Source: a virus (Duplodnaviria > Caudoviricetes). From it: 64,000 nt of DNA. Position 1 is the first letter of the stretch. Each line of letters begins with the position of its first letter. Where the stretch lies: the IMG/VR virus record IMGVR_UViG_3300035661_000005, one strand, 5' to 3'. Below, in pieces: positions 19,263 to 28,305 of this stretch. The notes under the pieces are model-generated. The model made no database searches, was not told the origin of the DNA, and saw nothing but the letters and a program-made list of their open reading frames with translations. The position numbers and the translations under genes were made by a program.

Positions 19263-19373
19263 ATGACGATCGATCTCTCCGGGGACGTGCTCGACTTCCG
19301 ACTCTACGACCGGGACAACGGAGTGGGGGCTGGGGAGAGCGCCGTGCTCGACGCCCTCACGCGCCCATCCTAA
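19263..19373 (+). CDS. 36-aa small ORF (MTIDLSGDVLDFRLYDRDNG...)
   Basis: Codon bias; sits between the two structured RNA candidates. Confidence 0.4.
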   Translation: MTIDLSGDVLDFRLYDRDNGVGAGESAVLDALTRPS

Positions 19374-19513
19374 CGACTTCTCTTATCGGAGGCCCTGGAT
19401 AAGACCACCGCCTCGAAAGTCGTTCAGCGGGCGTTGGGGATCGGTAAGCTGGTTCGGCCCAACTTCCAGCAGATCGCCAGGTTCAGCGTGGGCCTCCCGA
19501 CAGAAACGCTGAG
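19374..19513 (+). ncRNA. Candidate double-pseudoknot RNA
   Basis: Stems CGACTT/AAGTCG, TCTTATC/GATAAGA, GCTGG/CCAGC, TCAGCGT/ACGCTGA; loop GGAGGCCC complementary to loop GGGCCTCC; GTTGGG complementary to loop CCCAAC. Confidence 0.65.
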
Positions 19514-19557
19514 TACGGTTTCCGGCAGGTCTTCCTCTATTCCATCTAGGCACGATC

Positions 19558-20352
19558 ATGGACCCCAAGGCACCCAAGGTTATGGCCCGGTTCGCAGCGG
19601 CGGTCCTGCCGTTCAAGCCGAAGCCGAAAGTCCCAACCACGACGATTCGCGGGGACAAGTACGTCCTCTCGACCTTCGGTGGGATGCTCGGTGACCGGGA
19701 GGATGACGAGGCCAGCATGTTCGGCGGGCGTCTCATCGGACCGCCCCCGGGTGCGAACAAGTGGTGCTACCTCTGGGTCTACGATACCGAGCGCCAGGTC
19801 GTGGCCATGTGGCGGGCTTCGGACGGGGACGAGAAGTACCACGGGTCCCCCCGTTCCGCGACGAGCTACATCGTCATGCTGGACAAGCGGGGGCAGCTCA
19901 ACCGCGTCACCAACGCCGAATTCCGGGTCATCGAGTCCGAGATGCGGCAGCGGGAGGACGCGGCCATCAAGAGCATGCAGCAGACACTCGAAGAGGCCAA
20001 GAGCGAGGCCGAGCGTTCGCTCGACGACTACATTCGGACCTTCTTCGAGAAGTTCGTCCTGCCGAAGCTCCTTCGGGGCCTCTCGGACGTGAAGTCTGGG
20101 GCGACGCCGATCGGGTTCCGGCCGTTCGGACCGGCGGCGGAGGGTGATGCGGCTTGGCTCCTTCGGCAGAAGTCCAGTTACGTCCTCGGGGAGGTGTTCA
20201 AGCGCGAGATGGACCCAGAGAAGGTCGTCATGTGGCTCGAAGGACAGGGCTTCAACGTCGGCATCGTCCACAACCAGGCGATCGATTGGGCGATCGGGGA
20301 CGTGCGGGACGAGGCTGCGGAGAGGTACTTGCCCAAGGCGCCGTACGTTTGA
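19558..20352 (+). CDS. Hypothetical protein with N-terminal KVMARF tag
   Basis: Codon bias; MDPKAPKVMARFAAA. Confidence 0.8.
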   Translation: MDPKAPKVMARFAAAVLPFKPKPKVPTTTIRGDKYVLSTFGGMLGDREDDEASMFGGRLIGPPPGANKWCYLWVYDTERQVVAMWRASDGDEKYHGSPRSATSYIVMLDKRGQLNRVTNAEFRVIESEMRQREDAAIKSMQQTLEEAKSEAERSLDDYIRTFFEKFVLPKLLRGLSDVKSGATPIGFRPFGPAAEGDAAWLLRQKSSYVLGEVFKREMDPEKVVMWLEGQGFNVGIVHNQAIDWAIGDVRDEAAERYLPKAPYV

Positions 20353-20376
20353 TCGGGCACGCTCCTGGGCTGTAGA
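20349..20376 (+). promoter_or_regulatory. TTGATC-N16-TGTAGA promoter
   Basis: Exact motif; leadered transcript with AAGGAG SD. Confidence 0.8.
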
Positions 20377-20416
20377 GGGGCTGTCAGATCCTCCACCCCG
20401 CGGGCGTCTAAGGAGC

Positions 20417-20995
20417 ATGCAGAACATCCGCCTCGCCCACGCCAACATCGTCTCCGCGTTCGACCACGTTACCGTGGGCTCGAAGGTGATCGACCACGAC
20501 GGCTTCCTCCTGGCCGCGTGCGAGGCGATCCGAGCGTTCGACTTCGTCAGCCAGAAGGTCCCCGGGCAGGGGTTCATCATGTGCCCGGCCGCGGTCCCCT
20601 TCGTCTTGGCCGGCGCCGGCAAGAGGACCAAGGACCCGAACGACTTCGTTCTCCGTGTGTACCGGGGGGAGGTCCAGCCCTTCCTCCGCCGGGAGAAGGC
20701 GGCGCCGGTCGAGGGCTGCGCCCTGGTGATCTACACCAAGGAGGCGTACCTCGCGGCCCCAGATGTCGCTAGGGAGCCCGAGGAGGTCGCCCGCATCCAG
20801 GCGGAGGACCCGACCCACGTGGTCGTGGCGGTCCTGGCGTTCGCCGGCCCGAAGCCCCCGCTGACGCCCTACCGGCTCGTCCACAACCTCGCCGGGGGCA
20901 ACAAGGAGGCCCTCGTGTGGACGGCGGACGAGATCCGCGAGAAGGCGGTCGAGTCCCTCGCGTACGACCGCGAGTGGGCGACCGTGGCCGACTGA
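20417..20995 (+). CDS. Hypothetical protein, possibly DUF3228-like
   Basis: AAGGAG SD; LVIYTKEAY..., VVVAVLA..., P.TPYRLVHNLAGG pattern recalled from DUF3228 (uncertain). Confidence 0.75.
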   Translation: MQNIRLAHANIVSAFDHVTVGSKVIDHDGFLLAACEAIRAFDFVSQKVPGQGFIMCPAAVPFVLAGAGKRTKDPNDFVLRVYRGEVQPFLRREKAAPVEGCALVIYTKEAYLAAPDVAREPEEVARIQAEDPTHVVVAVLAFAGPKPPLTPYRLVHNLAGGNKEALVWTADEIREKAVESLAYDREWATVAD

Positions 20996-21041
20996 CGGGC
21001 GGTTCTACTTGTGAGGGAGGCTTCCGGTAGGAGCATCCCTC

Positions 21042-21251
21042 ATGCCGTCTCCGGTCGATCGTTACCACGACGAGGTCAAGAAGAACAACCCGGACTACTC
21101 CGAAGAGCAAGCCTGGGCGACCGCGTGGAGCATCTACTGCAAGCACAAGAACCCGGGTTCGGACTCGTGCAAGAAGCCGACGTCCGAGTATCTGAAGGGC
21201 AAGGAGGCTTCCCTTGCCCTTCGCGTCGTCGCCCGGTTCACCAGCCGCTAG
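21042..21251 (+). CDS. Small protein with C-terminal RVVARF tag
   Basis: KNNPDYSEEQAWATAWSIYC; ends KEASLALRVVARFTSR. Confidence 0.8.
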   Translation: MPSPVDRYHDEVKKNNPDYSEEQAWATAWSIYCKHKNPGSDSCKKPTSEYLKGKEASLALRVVARFTSR

Positions 21252-21340
21252 CGGTCCAGCAGCCACTCGGGGACCGACCCACCCTGCGCCCCGTACTCGG
21301 CGCGCTTCTGCGCCCCGTAGGCGGCTGCCGCGACCCTCTT

Positions 21341-21370
21341 CGGCTTTCGCCTCGGCGGCTTTCGCCTCGG
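21341..21370. repeat. Perfect tandem duplication, 15 bp x2
   Basis: CGGCTTTCGCCTCGG twice. Confidence 0.95.
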
Positions 21371-21394
21371 CGGTCCGCCAGTCGGGAGCGGGCG

Positions 21395-21422
21395 TTGATC
21401 AACCGGCCCTCGTCATTGTAGG
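21395..21422 (+). promoter_or_regulatory. TTGATC-N16-TGTAGG promoter
   Basis: Exact spacing; -35 lies inside the palindrome GTTGATCAAC. Confidence 0.65.
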
Positions 21423-21455
21423 TGTCTACGTGGTTGATCCCGAATGGTGTAAGAG

Positions 21456-22292
21456 ATGAGTGTGCGATCCGGCCGCCTTCTCCGTATGCCGTACTCTCTT
21501 TCCCGGTGGACAGACGTCCCTGCGGCGAAGTGGGAATGGTTCAAGGATCGGCTGGCCGAGGGCCACATGCTCGCCTTCAACCCCCAGGACGCGATCCCGT
21601 CCCGGTGGAGCTTGAAGCCCGCCGAGACGCTCGGACTGGTCTTCTGGACCAAGGATCCCTCGAACCTGATCGCGGACGCGGCGATCCTCCAAGACTTCCT
21701 CGTAAAGATCCACGTCACCGTGACCGGCTGGGGGGAGGTCGAGAAGGGTGCGCCGAGCCTTGCGCAAGGAGCACAATTGCTCTGCGAGGCGGCGCGGACG
21801 TTCGGAGCCGGGAACGTCACGTGGCGCTTTTCCCCTGTGCCCCTCGTCCCGGACGTGGTCGATCGGTTCCAGCGGATCGCTGCGATGGCCGAGGACGCGG
21901 GTGTGCAGAGCGTCTACCTGAGCTTCTTGCAGACGAACGACCGCATGGCAGAGACGCGAACCGCCGAGGAGCGTTTCGTCATCCTCCAGGAGATCGCCAA
22001 GAGCGCGGGGGGCCGGGGGATCAATGTGCGCCTGTGCAACGAGGACGGCCTGCTCCGTGGACGGGTGGACCTGTCCCCGAACCTGACCACGGGAATCTGC
22101 GCACCCCCCGAGGATTTTGCGTTATCGGGTTCGGCCAAGGCACCCGCGGAAGGCTGCGGGTGCGTCTTGATGGTGGACCCCTTCACCGTGAACGAGACTT
22201 GTTCTATCGGATGCCAATACTGCTACGCTGCGGACGAGACGCTTTCACCTCGGAAGCGGAACACGACTCGCAGCCTGCCCGTAGTACCATGA
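21456..22292 (+). CDS. DUF1848 family protein (radical-SAM/SP-lyase-like)
   Basis: SLSRWTDVPA, VFWTKDP, VTWRFSP, C-terminal GCGC...TC.IGCQYCYA. Confidence 0.85.
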   Translation: MSVRSGRLLRMPYSLSRWTDVPAAKWEWFKDRLAEGHMLAFNPQDAIPSRWSLKPAETLGLVFWTKDPSNLIADAAILQDFLVKIHVTVTGWGEVEKGAPSLAQGAQLLCEAARTFGAGNVTWRFSPVPLVPDVVDRFQRIAAMAEDAGVQSVYLSFLQTNDRMAETRTAEERFVILQEIAKSAGGRGINVRLCNEDGLLRGRVDLSPNLTTGICAPPEDFALSGSAKAPAEGCGCVLMVDPFTVNETCSIGCQYCYAADETLSPRKRNTTRSLPVVP

Positions 22293-22543
22293 CCGAAGAG
22301 GACTCCCCCGACCTATCGGACTCGGACATCGCAACCGCCCTCCCGTGCGCAAGTGCATTGGAGCTGGCCTCGAAGATCCACACGCTCGTTTGCTCGACGT
22401 GCCAGGCGAAGGTGGCCGTCACGGCTCACGCTCGTCGAGTCCGGCTCCCGCACACGTACTGGCGGGTTGCCCTCGTGTGTCGGAACGGGCACCATGAGAA
22501 TCGACACTTCCAAGCGGACTGGGTGAACGGAGTCGCTGGATGA
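22289..22543 (+). CDS. Small Zn-ribbon protein
   Basis: CSTC ... CRNGH; ATGA coupling. Confidence 0.65.
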   Translation: MTEEDSPDLSDSDIATALPCASALELASKIHTLVCSTCQAKVAVTAHARRVRLPHTYWRVALVCRNGHHENRHFQADWVNGVAG

Positions 22544-22557
22544 ACGGAGTCGCTGGA
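22524..22557. repeat. Perfect tandem duplication, 17 bp x2, at a gene junction
   Basis: TGAACGGAGTCGCTGGA twice. Confidence 0.95.
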
Positions 22558-22991
22558 TGAGCTGCCCCAACTGTCACAAGACCCCCTGCGGCTGCTTCCA
22601 GAACGTCCGGCCGGGGAAGGATCCCGTCCCGGCGCCGACCGTCTGCGACCCATACCCGACGCCGCTCTCCAAGTGCATGCCGCTGAAGGAGCCGAACGTC
22701 TGGATCGAGCGGGGGGACAACTCGGGGAGCGAGAACGCCCCCGGCATCTGCCTCCTCGACACGATGTCCGAGGAGCAGGTCATCTTCGTCCTCGAACGGG
22801 ACCAGAAGGCCCGGGTGGACCTCCTCAAGGTGACGAACGACCCCCGGCTCCTGGAGCTGGCGCGGACGGTCGAGCCTCTCCCGACGCAAGAGGAGATGGA
22901 CATGCACCAGAAGTGGTTCAACCGTTCCGATTCCCCGACCTCGATCCCCTTCTACGCCATCTTCCGGGGTCAGCCCCCGTTCGCTCAGTAG
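22557..22991 (+). CDS. Hypothetical protein with Cys-rich N-terminus
   Basis: CPNCHKTPCGC; codon bias. Confidence 0.75.
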   Translation: MSCPNCHKTPCGCFQNVRPGKDPVPAPTVCDPYPTPLSKCMPLKEPNVWIERGDNSGSENAPGICLLDTMSEEQVIFVLERDQKARVDLLKVTNDPRLLELARTVEPLPTQEEMDMHQKWFNRSDSPTSIPFYAIFRGQPPFAQ

Positions 22992-22994
22992 CCC

Positions 22995-23285
22995 ATGTCC
23001 ATCGCCCGCAAGATCGCCCGGGAGCAAGCCTTTCGGGCTTCCAAGGTCGACGTAGCCAAGCTCCTGTCGGCCCTCCAAGGGCTTCCGCCGCAGCTTGAGG
23101 GGGTAGGGGAGGCCATTGCAGCCATGCAGGGCTTGCAGGGGATCCTTGGGGAGATGACGACCGGCGTGTCGGCCCTCAAGGCCCGCCTGGATGAGCTGGA
23201 ATTCATCGTGTCCACGGCCCTCGGGCCGGACAACATGGCAGAGCTGCGCGCAGCCCATGCAAAGCAGAAGGGCGATGTCGGATGA
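22995..23285 (+). CDS. Hypothetical coiled-coil protein
   Basis: Operon packing. Confidence 0.7.
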   Translation: MSIARKIAREQAFRASKVDVAKLLSALQGLPPQLEGVGEAIAAMQGLQGILGEMTTGVSALKARLDELEFIVSTALGPDNMAELRAAHAKQKGDVG

Positions 23286-23509
23286 GCCGGGTACGCACGC
23301 TGACGGGGGCGAAGAGGCCGCGCGGTCCGGTGGACCCGCAGGGGTGGAACCAGCTCATGCTGCAGGTGATCGCCCGGTGCGAGAAGCTGGGGGCCCCGGA
23401 CCTACCCGGACTTCGGGCAGCCCTGAGCCAGGGGAAGGCCGAGCAACTGCTTCGCCGCCTGGGCATCATCAGCCAAGCGGACATCGATCGGGAGTTTCCG
23501 CACAGGTAG
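23282..23509 (+). CDS. Hypothetical protein
   Basis: ATGA coupling. Confidence 0.65.
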   Translation: MSRVRTLTGAKRPRGPVDPQGWNQLMLQVIARCEKLGAPDLPGLRAALSQGKAEQLLRRLGIISQADIDREFPHR

Positions 23510-23802
23510 ACCCGGGGGACCTTCTCCGGTCATTCGAGACGGGCGACCCGGCGATCGTCTACCGGGAGGCTCAGCGTCTGGCTCGGGCATACCACGAGCT
23601 GACCATCGAGGCCGCGCGGCTTCGATTCAGGCTGAATTTCAGTACCCCCATTTGTGAAAATTGCGACGGGCTCAAGGCGGGTCCCGGTGTGGTGGCGACC
23701 TGTTACCAGATCCGGCAGTGCCACTTCCGGAACGTGAGGGAGGGGGACGAGTCGGAGAGGCAGAGACGAATTCTGGCGTCCATTACCCAGAAAGTCTCTT
23801 GA
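23506..23802 (+). CDS. Hypothetical Cys-containing protein (start codon unclear)
   Basis: CENC...C...C; coding-like from about 23506 but no ATG/GTG at the expected position. Confidence 0.5.
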   Translation, partial: VDPGDLLRSFETGDPAIVYREAQRLARAYHELTIEAARLRFRLNFSTPICENCDGLKAGPGVVATCYQIRQCHFRNVREGDESERQRRILASITQKVS

Positions 23803-23931
23803 CGATCCCATTTCCATGTGTTTCTACTAGAAACCTAGACGGGGATCAGATCACCTCGGAGCCGACCGCACCTGGTCTGCAGAGCCACCGGCGATCAGAT
23901 CAACACCCAGATCAAGAAAGAGCAGGATTCC

Positions 23932-24552
23932 ATGTCGACTCTCAAGGACGCGCGTACGCAGATCTCGGTTCGCATCACGGAGCAGACGGCCACGATCAAG
24001 GGGGCGGAAGCCTCGAAGGCGGTCTACGAGAAGGCGCTCGCGGACATCGACAAGCAGATCGCCCGTTCGGACGCGGCCGAGGCCAAGGCGACTGCGAAGG
24101 CGGCCAAGGCGACTGCGAAGGCCGAGGCGAAGGCCGTCAAGGCGGAGGCGAAGCCCGCCAAGGAGCCCAAGGCGCCGAAGGCCGAGAAGAAGGCGCCCGA
24201 GAAGAAGGCGGCCAAGGCGGCCGAGAAGAAGGCGGTCGGCGAGAAGCTCCCCCCGATGAAGGAGCGCATCAAGAAGGTGCTCGGGTCGAAGTCGATGGAC
24301 TGCCCGGCGATCATGGACGCGCTCAAGATCAAAAACTGGCTGCCGGACGCGAAGGACCCGAAGGCGTACGTGAGTTTCCTCCTCTCGGGGAACCCGAACG
24401 ACTTCAAGCGCGTCAGCCGCGGCGTCTACTGTGTCAACACGGACAAGGCCGAGGAGCCGAAGGTCGAGGCGAAGAACTCGAAGTCGTCGAAGTCGTCGGA
24501 CGAGATCCTCGCGGATGCCGGCGTCCTCGGTGGCCCGGCGTTCGGCAGCTGA
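23932..24552 (+). CDS. Histone H1-like Ala/Lys/Pro-rich protein with C-terminal winged helix
   Basis: KATAKAAK/KAPEKKAAK repeats, then MKERIKKVLG...FKRVSRGVY wHTH. Confidence 0.85.
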   Translation: MSTLKDARTQISVRITEQTATIKGAEASKAVYEKALADIDKQIARSDAAEAKATAKAAKATAKAEAKAVKAEAKPAKEPKAPKAEKKAPEKKAAKAAEKKAVGEKLPPMKERIKKVLGSKSMDCPAIMDALKIKNWLPDAKDPKAYVSFLLSGNPNDFKRVSRGVYCVNTDKAEEPKVEAKNSKSSKSSDEILADAGVLGGPAFGS

Positions 24553-24625
24553 TCGTGCCCCAGGCTGTCAGACCGAGGCATGTTCGAGCGTCCTCGGTCT
24601 GACGCCTCCGGTGTAAGGGCATTAC

Positions 24626-25000
24626 GTGACCCTTACCGAAGCGCAAGACAACGCCCTGTGTGTAAGCACCCGCAGGGTCCTGCTCAGCCACTTGATGGGC
24701 TTCATCTACGCCGAGAAGGTAAAGGTCGACCCTCGGTACGAAGCGTCTCTGCGAACGCAGAACGCTTTCTACGATGCAGCCCGGCACGAGTGGCTGAAGG
24801 TCGTCCGTGACCTCGGCAACATCTTCGAGCACAGGTGGCGGACCCACGTGTACGAGACGCTCCTGGGGCTTCGTGCGGGGGCCCTTCTCAAGGCTCGGCA
24901 GATGTTGATCGAGCTGGGGGTGGACGGGGAGACGGAGATCGCGCGGTACATCGAGACGATCGACCTGGGGGACCTCTTGCCCACCGCGGAGTGCCCGTGA
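24626..25000 (+). CDS. Hypothetical protein
   Basis: CGGTGTAAG element upstream. Confidence 0.7.
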   Translation: MTLTEAQDNALCVSTRRVLLSHLMGFIYAEKVKVDPRYEASLRTQNAFYDAARHEWLKVVRDLGNIFEHRWRTHVYETLLGLRAGALLKARQMLIELGVDGETEIARYIETIDLGDLLPTAECP

Positions 25001-25506
25001 AGCTCGGCGACCTGGTTCGGTTCGAGGATCAATACTGGGTGGTCCGTCGGTACGATCCGAAGCGGACCCGGACGGCGCTCCTCTTGGACAAGGACGGGCG
25101 GACGCGGGAGATTCCGTTCGACCACCCGGTTCAGGTCATCGTGAACCCGGGCGAGGCGTGGCCCTTCATCACGGTGAAGGACAACCCGGCTGGACAGCGC
25201 ATCGAAGGCATCGCCCGAGCCGTGGACATGGAGCCGGTACCACTGCGCCTCTACGAGGACTGGGTGCCTTCCGACCCTGCTCGGCCAGGCGGTCCGATTT
25301 TTCTGAACCCAGCCATGGGGCTGCGTACGGCAGAGACGCTGATCGTCACTTGGCGGCGTGGCCGATCCTCGACGGTGACGGTTCCAGCGGGCCTGGCAAC
25401 GGTCGGTGCCCGCGTAGCACGTGCAGAGGCGGCCCGCGTTCGGCCGGAGCAGGAGACGAGCTACAACGCCCTCCTGATGGACGCCCTGGGGGACGATGAG
25501 ACGTAG
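24997..25506 (+). CDS. Hypothetical protein
   Basis: GTGA coupling; acidic tail TSYNALLMDALGDDET. Confidence 0.7.
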   Translation: MKLGDLVRFEDQYWVVRRYDPKRTRTALLLDKDGRTREIPFDHPVQVIVNPGEAWPFITVKDNPAGQRIEGIARAVDMEPVPLRLYEDWVPSDPARPGGPIFLNPAMGLRTAETLIVTWRRGRSSTVTVPAGLATVGARVARAEAARVRPEQETSYNALLMDALGDDET

Positions 25507-26110
25507 GCTACCCGTCTACCTGGAGCACTCCATCGGCGCGGTCACGATGGAGGCGACCCGACTCGCCCTGGAATTCCACCGGGAGATCGAGAAGAAGGCG
25601 AAGACGACGTGTACGACAGGCTGTTCGGCCTGTTGCTCGTTCCCCCTCGACGTCAGCTTCTTCGAGGGGGTCTCGATCTACCGGGCGCTCATCGCCGCAG
25701 GTCGGTGGACCCCAGCTCTCAAGGTGAGTCTCCAGACGCACGCCAAGGCGACGGGCCTCCTGCCGGCGCACATCTGGATGCTGAGCCGTATTCCCTGCCC
25801 GCTCCTCGACAGGTCCGAGTGCATGGTGTACGCGTCCCGTCCGTTCGCGTGTCGGACGACCTTCTCCAAGGGTGACCCCTATCACTGCGACCCCCACCGC
25901 TTCGGTCCGCAGACGGGGCTGTTCCCCAAGGAGGCGGTCATCGCTCGGTTCGCCGAATTCGAGACGAGGCAAGCTCGGTTGGCCAAGATCCCGAGCTACA
26001 GGCTGCCAGTCAGCAAGGCGCTCCTCCTCGTCGACCAGGTCGTCCACGGGGAGATCGACGTCGACAACCTGTTCGCAGCCTTCTACGCAAGCTACCAAGA
26101 GGCCCGCTGA
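25496..26110 (+). CDS. YkgJ-family Cys-cluster (Zn/Fe-chelating) protein
   Basis: CTTGCSACC, CPLLD, CMVYASRPFACR. Confidence 0.85.
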   Translation: MRRRLPVYLEHSIGAVTMEATRLALEFHREIEKKAKTTCTTGCSACCSFPLDVSFFEGVSIYRALIAAGRWTPALKVSLQTHAKATGLLPAHIWMLSRIPCPLLDRSECMVYASRPFACRTTFSKGDPYHCDPHRFGPQTGLFPKEAVIARFAEFETRQARLAKIPSYRLPVSKALLLVDQVVHGEIDVDNLFAAFYASYQEAR

Positions 26111-26397
26111 TGCTCTGCGCCCTCTGTACCAGGCCGTGGCCGGACGACAAGTGCGTCGTCGTCGACCTGACACCGGAGGAGACGGCCCATCTGGCGGCGC
26201 TCGGTCAGATGGGGACGACGCAGCTCGTCTACTGTGGCCCGTGTCATCGAGTCCTCGCTGACCCGGTGCGTGGTGCGCAGCTAATCAAGGGGACGCTGAT
26301 GCTGCAGCTGCGAGCCATGGGCATCCCGAATGCCGAACAGGTCGCGGACAACTTCGCGAAGAAGCTCTTGGCACTCGCAACGAAGAAGAGGTCGTGA
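26110..26397 (+). CDS. Small Zn-finger protein
   Basis: CALC...C...CGPC. Confidence 0.7.
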   Translation: MLCALCTRPWPDDKCVVVDLTPEETAHLAALGQMGTTQLVYCGPCHRVLADPVRGAQLIKGTLMLQLRAMGIPNAEQVADNFAKKLLALATKKRS

Positions 26398-26855
26398 TGG
26401 ATCAGGCGTTCATGCAGGCGCTTCAGCAGCAGATGCCGGCGCTCAAAAGCCAGGCGCAGTTCAACGCATTCATGGCCAGCTTCGAGGCCCTTAGGGGGCT
26501 CATGAACGGGGTCTTCGCGCAAAACAAGGAAGCGGAGGCCCTGTACCGGGACGCCCTCGACAAGGCGATCGACGCGGGCCACAAGGTCACGGAGATCACG
26601 GTCAAGCTCGAAGATGTGCCGGAGGCGGCGACGTCGCGCGAGGCCGAACAATTCAAGCAGGCGCCGGTGCAATTCACGGAGTACGACACGCAGCGGGCCT
26701 TGTTGACCGAGCTGGAGGGCATCAAGACGGTGGCGGCTCTCATCGACTGGTGGACTGCCAATCGGGCCCGGATCGATCAGGTCCGGAGTGCCGGTCTGCG
26801 CAACCCGCTCCTCGACCTCGTGCGGGAGAAGAGAGCCCTCTTGGCTCGGGGGTAG
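26394..26855 (+). CDS. Hypothetical protein
   Basis: GTGA coupling, codon bias. Confidence 0.75.
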   Translation: MMDQAFMQALQQQMPALKSQAQFNAFMASFEALRGLMNGVFAQNKEAEALYRDALDKAIDAGHKVTEITVKLEDVPEAATSREAEQFKQAPVQFTEYDTQRALLTELEGIKTVAALIDWWTANRARIDQVRSAGLRNPLLDLVREKRALLARG

Positions 26856-26956
26856 ACATGCCTCTCGAAGAGTCCGCACAAGAGAAGAGTACGACTCGGT
26901 GATGTGTGCAACGCGGCGGACCCAACTGGCTGGCCCGCCTCATGGAGGCCAAAGGC

Positions 26957-27337
26957 ATGAAGGTTCTTGTGTGCGGTTCACGGGATTGGGCCGATAAGAA
27001 AGCGATTGAGCGGGAACTCAAGAAGCTCCCCCCAGGAAGCACCATCATTCATGGTGCTTGCCCTACCGGGGCGGATGCCTTGGCGGATGCCATCGCGATG
27101 AAGCTCGGCCTGAAGATCAAGAGGTACCCGGCCGACTGGGACGACCCGACGCTGCCGAACAAGAAGGCAGCGGGTCCGATCCGCAACGCCAAGATGATCC
27201 GGGAAGAGCACAAGCCGGGCGATCCGATCGCCATGGGGCTGGCCTTCACCGAGGATCTCACCCGTTCGCGTGGGGCCAAGGACTGCGTCGACCGCGCACG
27301 GAGGGTCGGCATCAAGGTCGATGTTCACGCTCAATGA
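26957..27337 (+). CDS. SLOG-superfamily (YspA/DUF2493-like) protein
   Basis: MKVLVCGSRDW, IIHGACPTGADALA, AAGPIRNAKM. Confidence 0.88.
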   Translation: MKVLVCGSRDWADKKAIERELKKLPPGSTIIHGACPTGADALADAIAMKLGLKIKRYPADWDDPTLPNKKAAGPIRNAKMIREEHKPGDPIAMGLAFTEDLTRSRGAKDCVDRARRVGIKVDVHAQ

Positions 27338-27519
27338 CGGGCCGTCAGATGGCCCACACGTTCTTCGGGGCGGTGCTCCCCGCCGCCCGCTACCCAACGT
27401 GGGCCGCTGCCTGGGTGGGCAAGAACGACGTGTCCTGCGTCGAGGCCATCTACCAAACCGATCGGGTGCGGGAAGAGCTGCCGGATCTTGCCGAGAAGGT
27501 CTGCAAGGTCGTACCGTGA
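27334..27519 (+). CDS. Small hypothetical protein
   Basis: ATGA coupling. Confidence 0.55.
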   Translation: MTGRQMAHTFFGAVLPAARYPTWAAAWVGKNDVSCVEAIYQTDRVREELPDLAEKVCKVVP

Positions 27520-27971
27520 GGGATCACCGCTGGTCCGGGTGGCCTGGAGCCTTCTGCCTCGACTGTGGGGCCGAGGACCAGCGGGAGATCTGTGTAGGAG
27601 AGCACGACGTCGGGATCTCGTGCATCCACGGTCACGTCCAGTGTATGGACCCCACACACCCGCCGCAGAAGTGCTCCGAGCACGTCAACACCGAGTGTCC
27701 TGGGAGGCCCATGCCTACGTTCGATCCGGATGCGACGATCGCGCACTTGCGCAAGCTCCTCACGAAGTACGACCAGGGCCAGCTGACCGCGGCCGAGGTC
27801 GACAGCATGCTCTACACCCAGCAGGTGGTTCCAGTACTCGAAGCGGTCGAGCGGGGTGAACGCTACTTGACCAGCTCATCCTGCTGCTGTTCGGCGCACC
27901 CGCCCGACCGCTCCTTCACATGCCGTGTGACGATCCACCCGCACGGACACGAGATCACGCGGATCGACTAG
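27516..27971 (+). CDS. Cys/His-rich hypothetical protein (possibly two fused ORFs)
   Basis: HRWSGWPGAFCLDCG..., internal ATG at MPTFDPD. Confidence 0.6.
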   Translation: MRDHRWSGWPGAFCLDCGAEDQREICVGEHDVGISCIHGHVQCMDPTHPPQKCSEHVNTECPGRPMPTFDPDATIAHLRKLLTKYDQGQLTAAEVDSMLYTQQVVPVLEAVERGERYLTSSSCCCSAHPPDRSFTCRVTIHPHGHEITRID

Positions 27972-28099
27972 CGGGGGCAGGGGCGTCCGGACGACTCCAT
28001 CCGGGCCATGTGCTCCTCGTACGCCTGCTGCTCTTCATCGGGGGAGAGCTTGCCGTCGAACATGCTCTTCATCAGGTCGGGGATGGACGTGTCCATCAT
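27968..28099 (-). CDS. 43-aa hypothetical protein (MMDTSIPDLMKSMFDG...)
   Basis: Translated manually; strong codon bias; overlaps the upstream stop. Confidence 0.55.
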   Translation of the reverse strand: MMDTSIPDLMKSMFDGKLSPDEEQQAYEEHMARMESSGRPCPR

Positions 28100-28157
28100 G
28101 TCAGGAGCTTGATCGCGTCAGGGAGAAGCTCCTTGACTCGCTGCACCTGGTTCTTGC

Positions 28158-28183
28158 AGAGCTTCTTGGCAGAGCTTCTTGGC
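28158..28183. repeat. Perfect tandem duplication, 13 bp x2, inside a small minus-strand gene
   Basis: AGAGCTTCTTGGC twice. Confidence 0.95.
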
Positions 28184-28305
28184 CTCGGCCAAGTGCGGCT
28201 CCATCTTCTCCACGATGAACTCCCCGAACTCGCTGTAGCGGGGATGGGCTTCATGCTCTCTACAAAAAGCGACCCGGCGGACTTGTTTCGGTGTAAGAGG
28301 GGTCC

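Noticed and set aside
23840-23915. Three CAGATCA repeats upstream of the H1-like gene
   Set aside because: They are short and irregularly spaced in a GATC-rich genome, and cannot be told apart from chance
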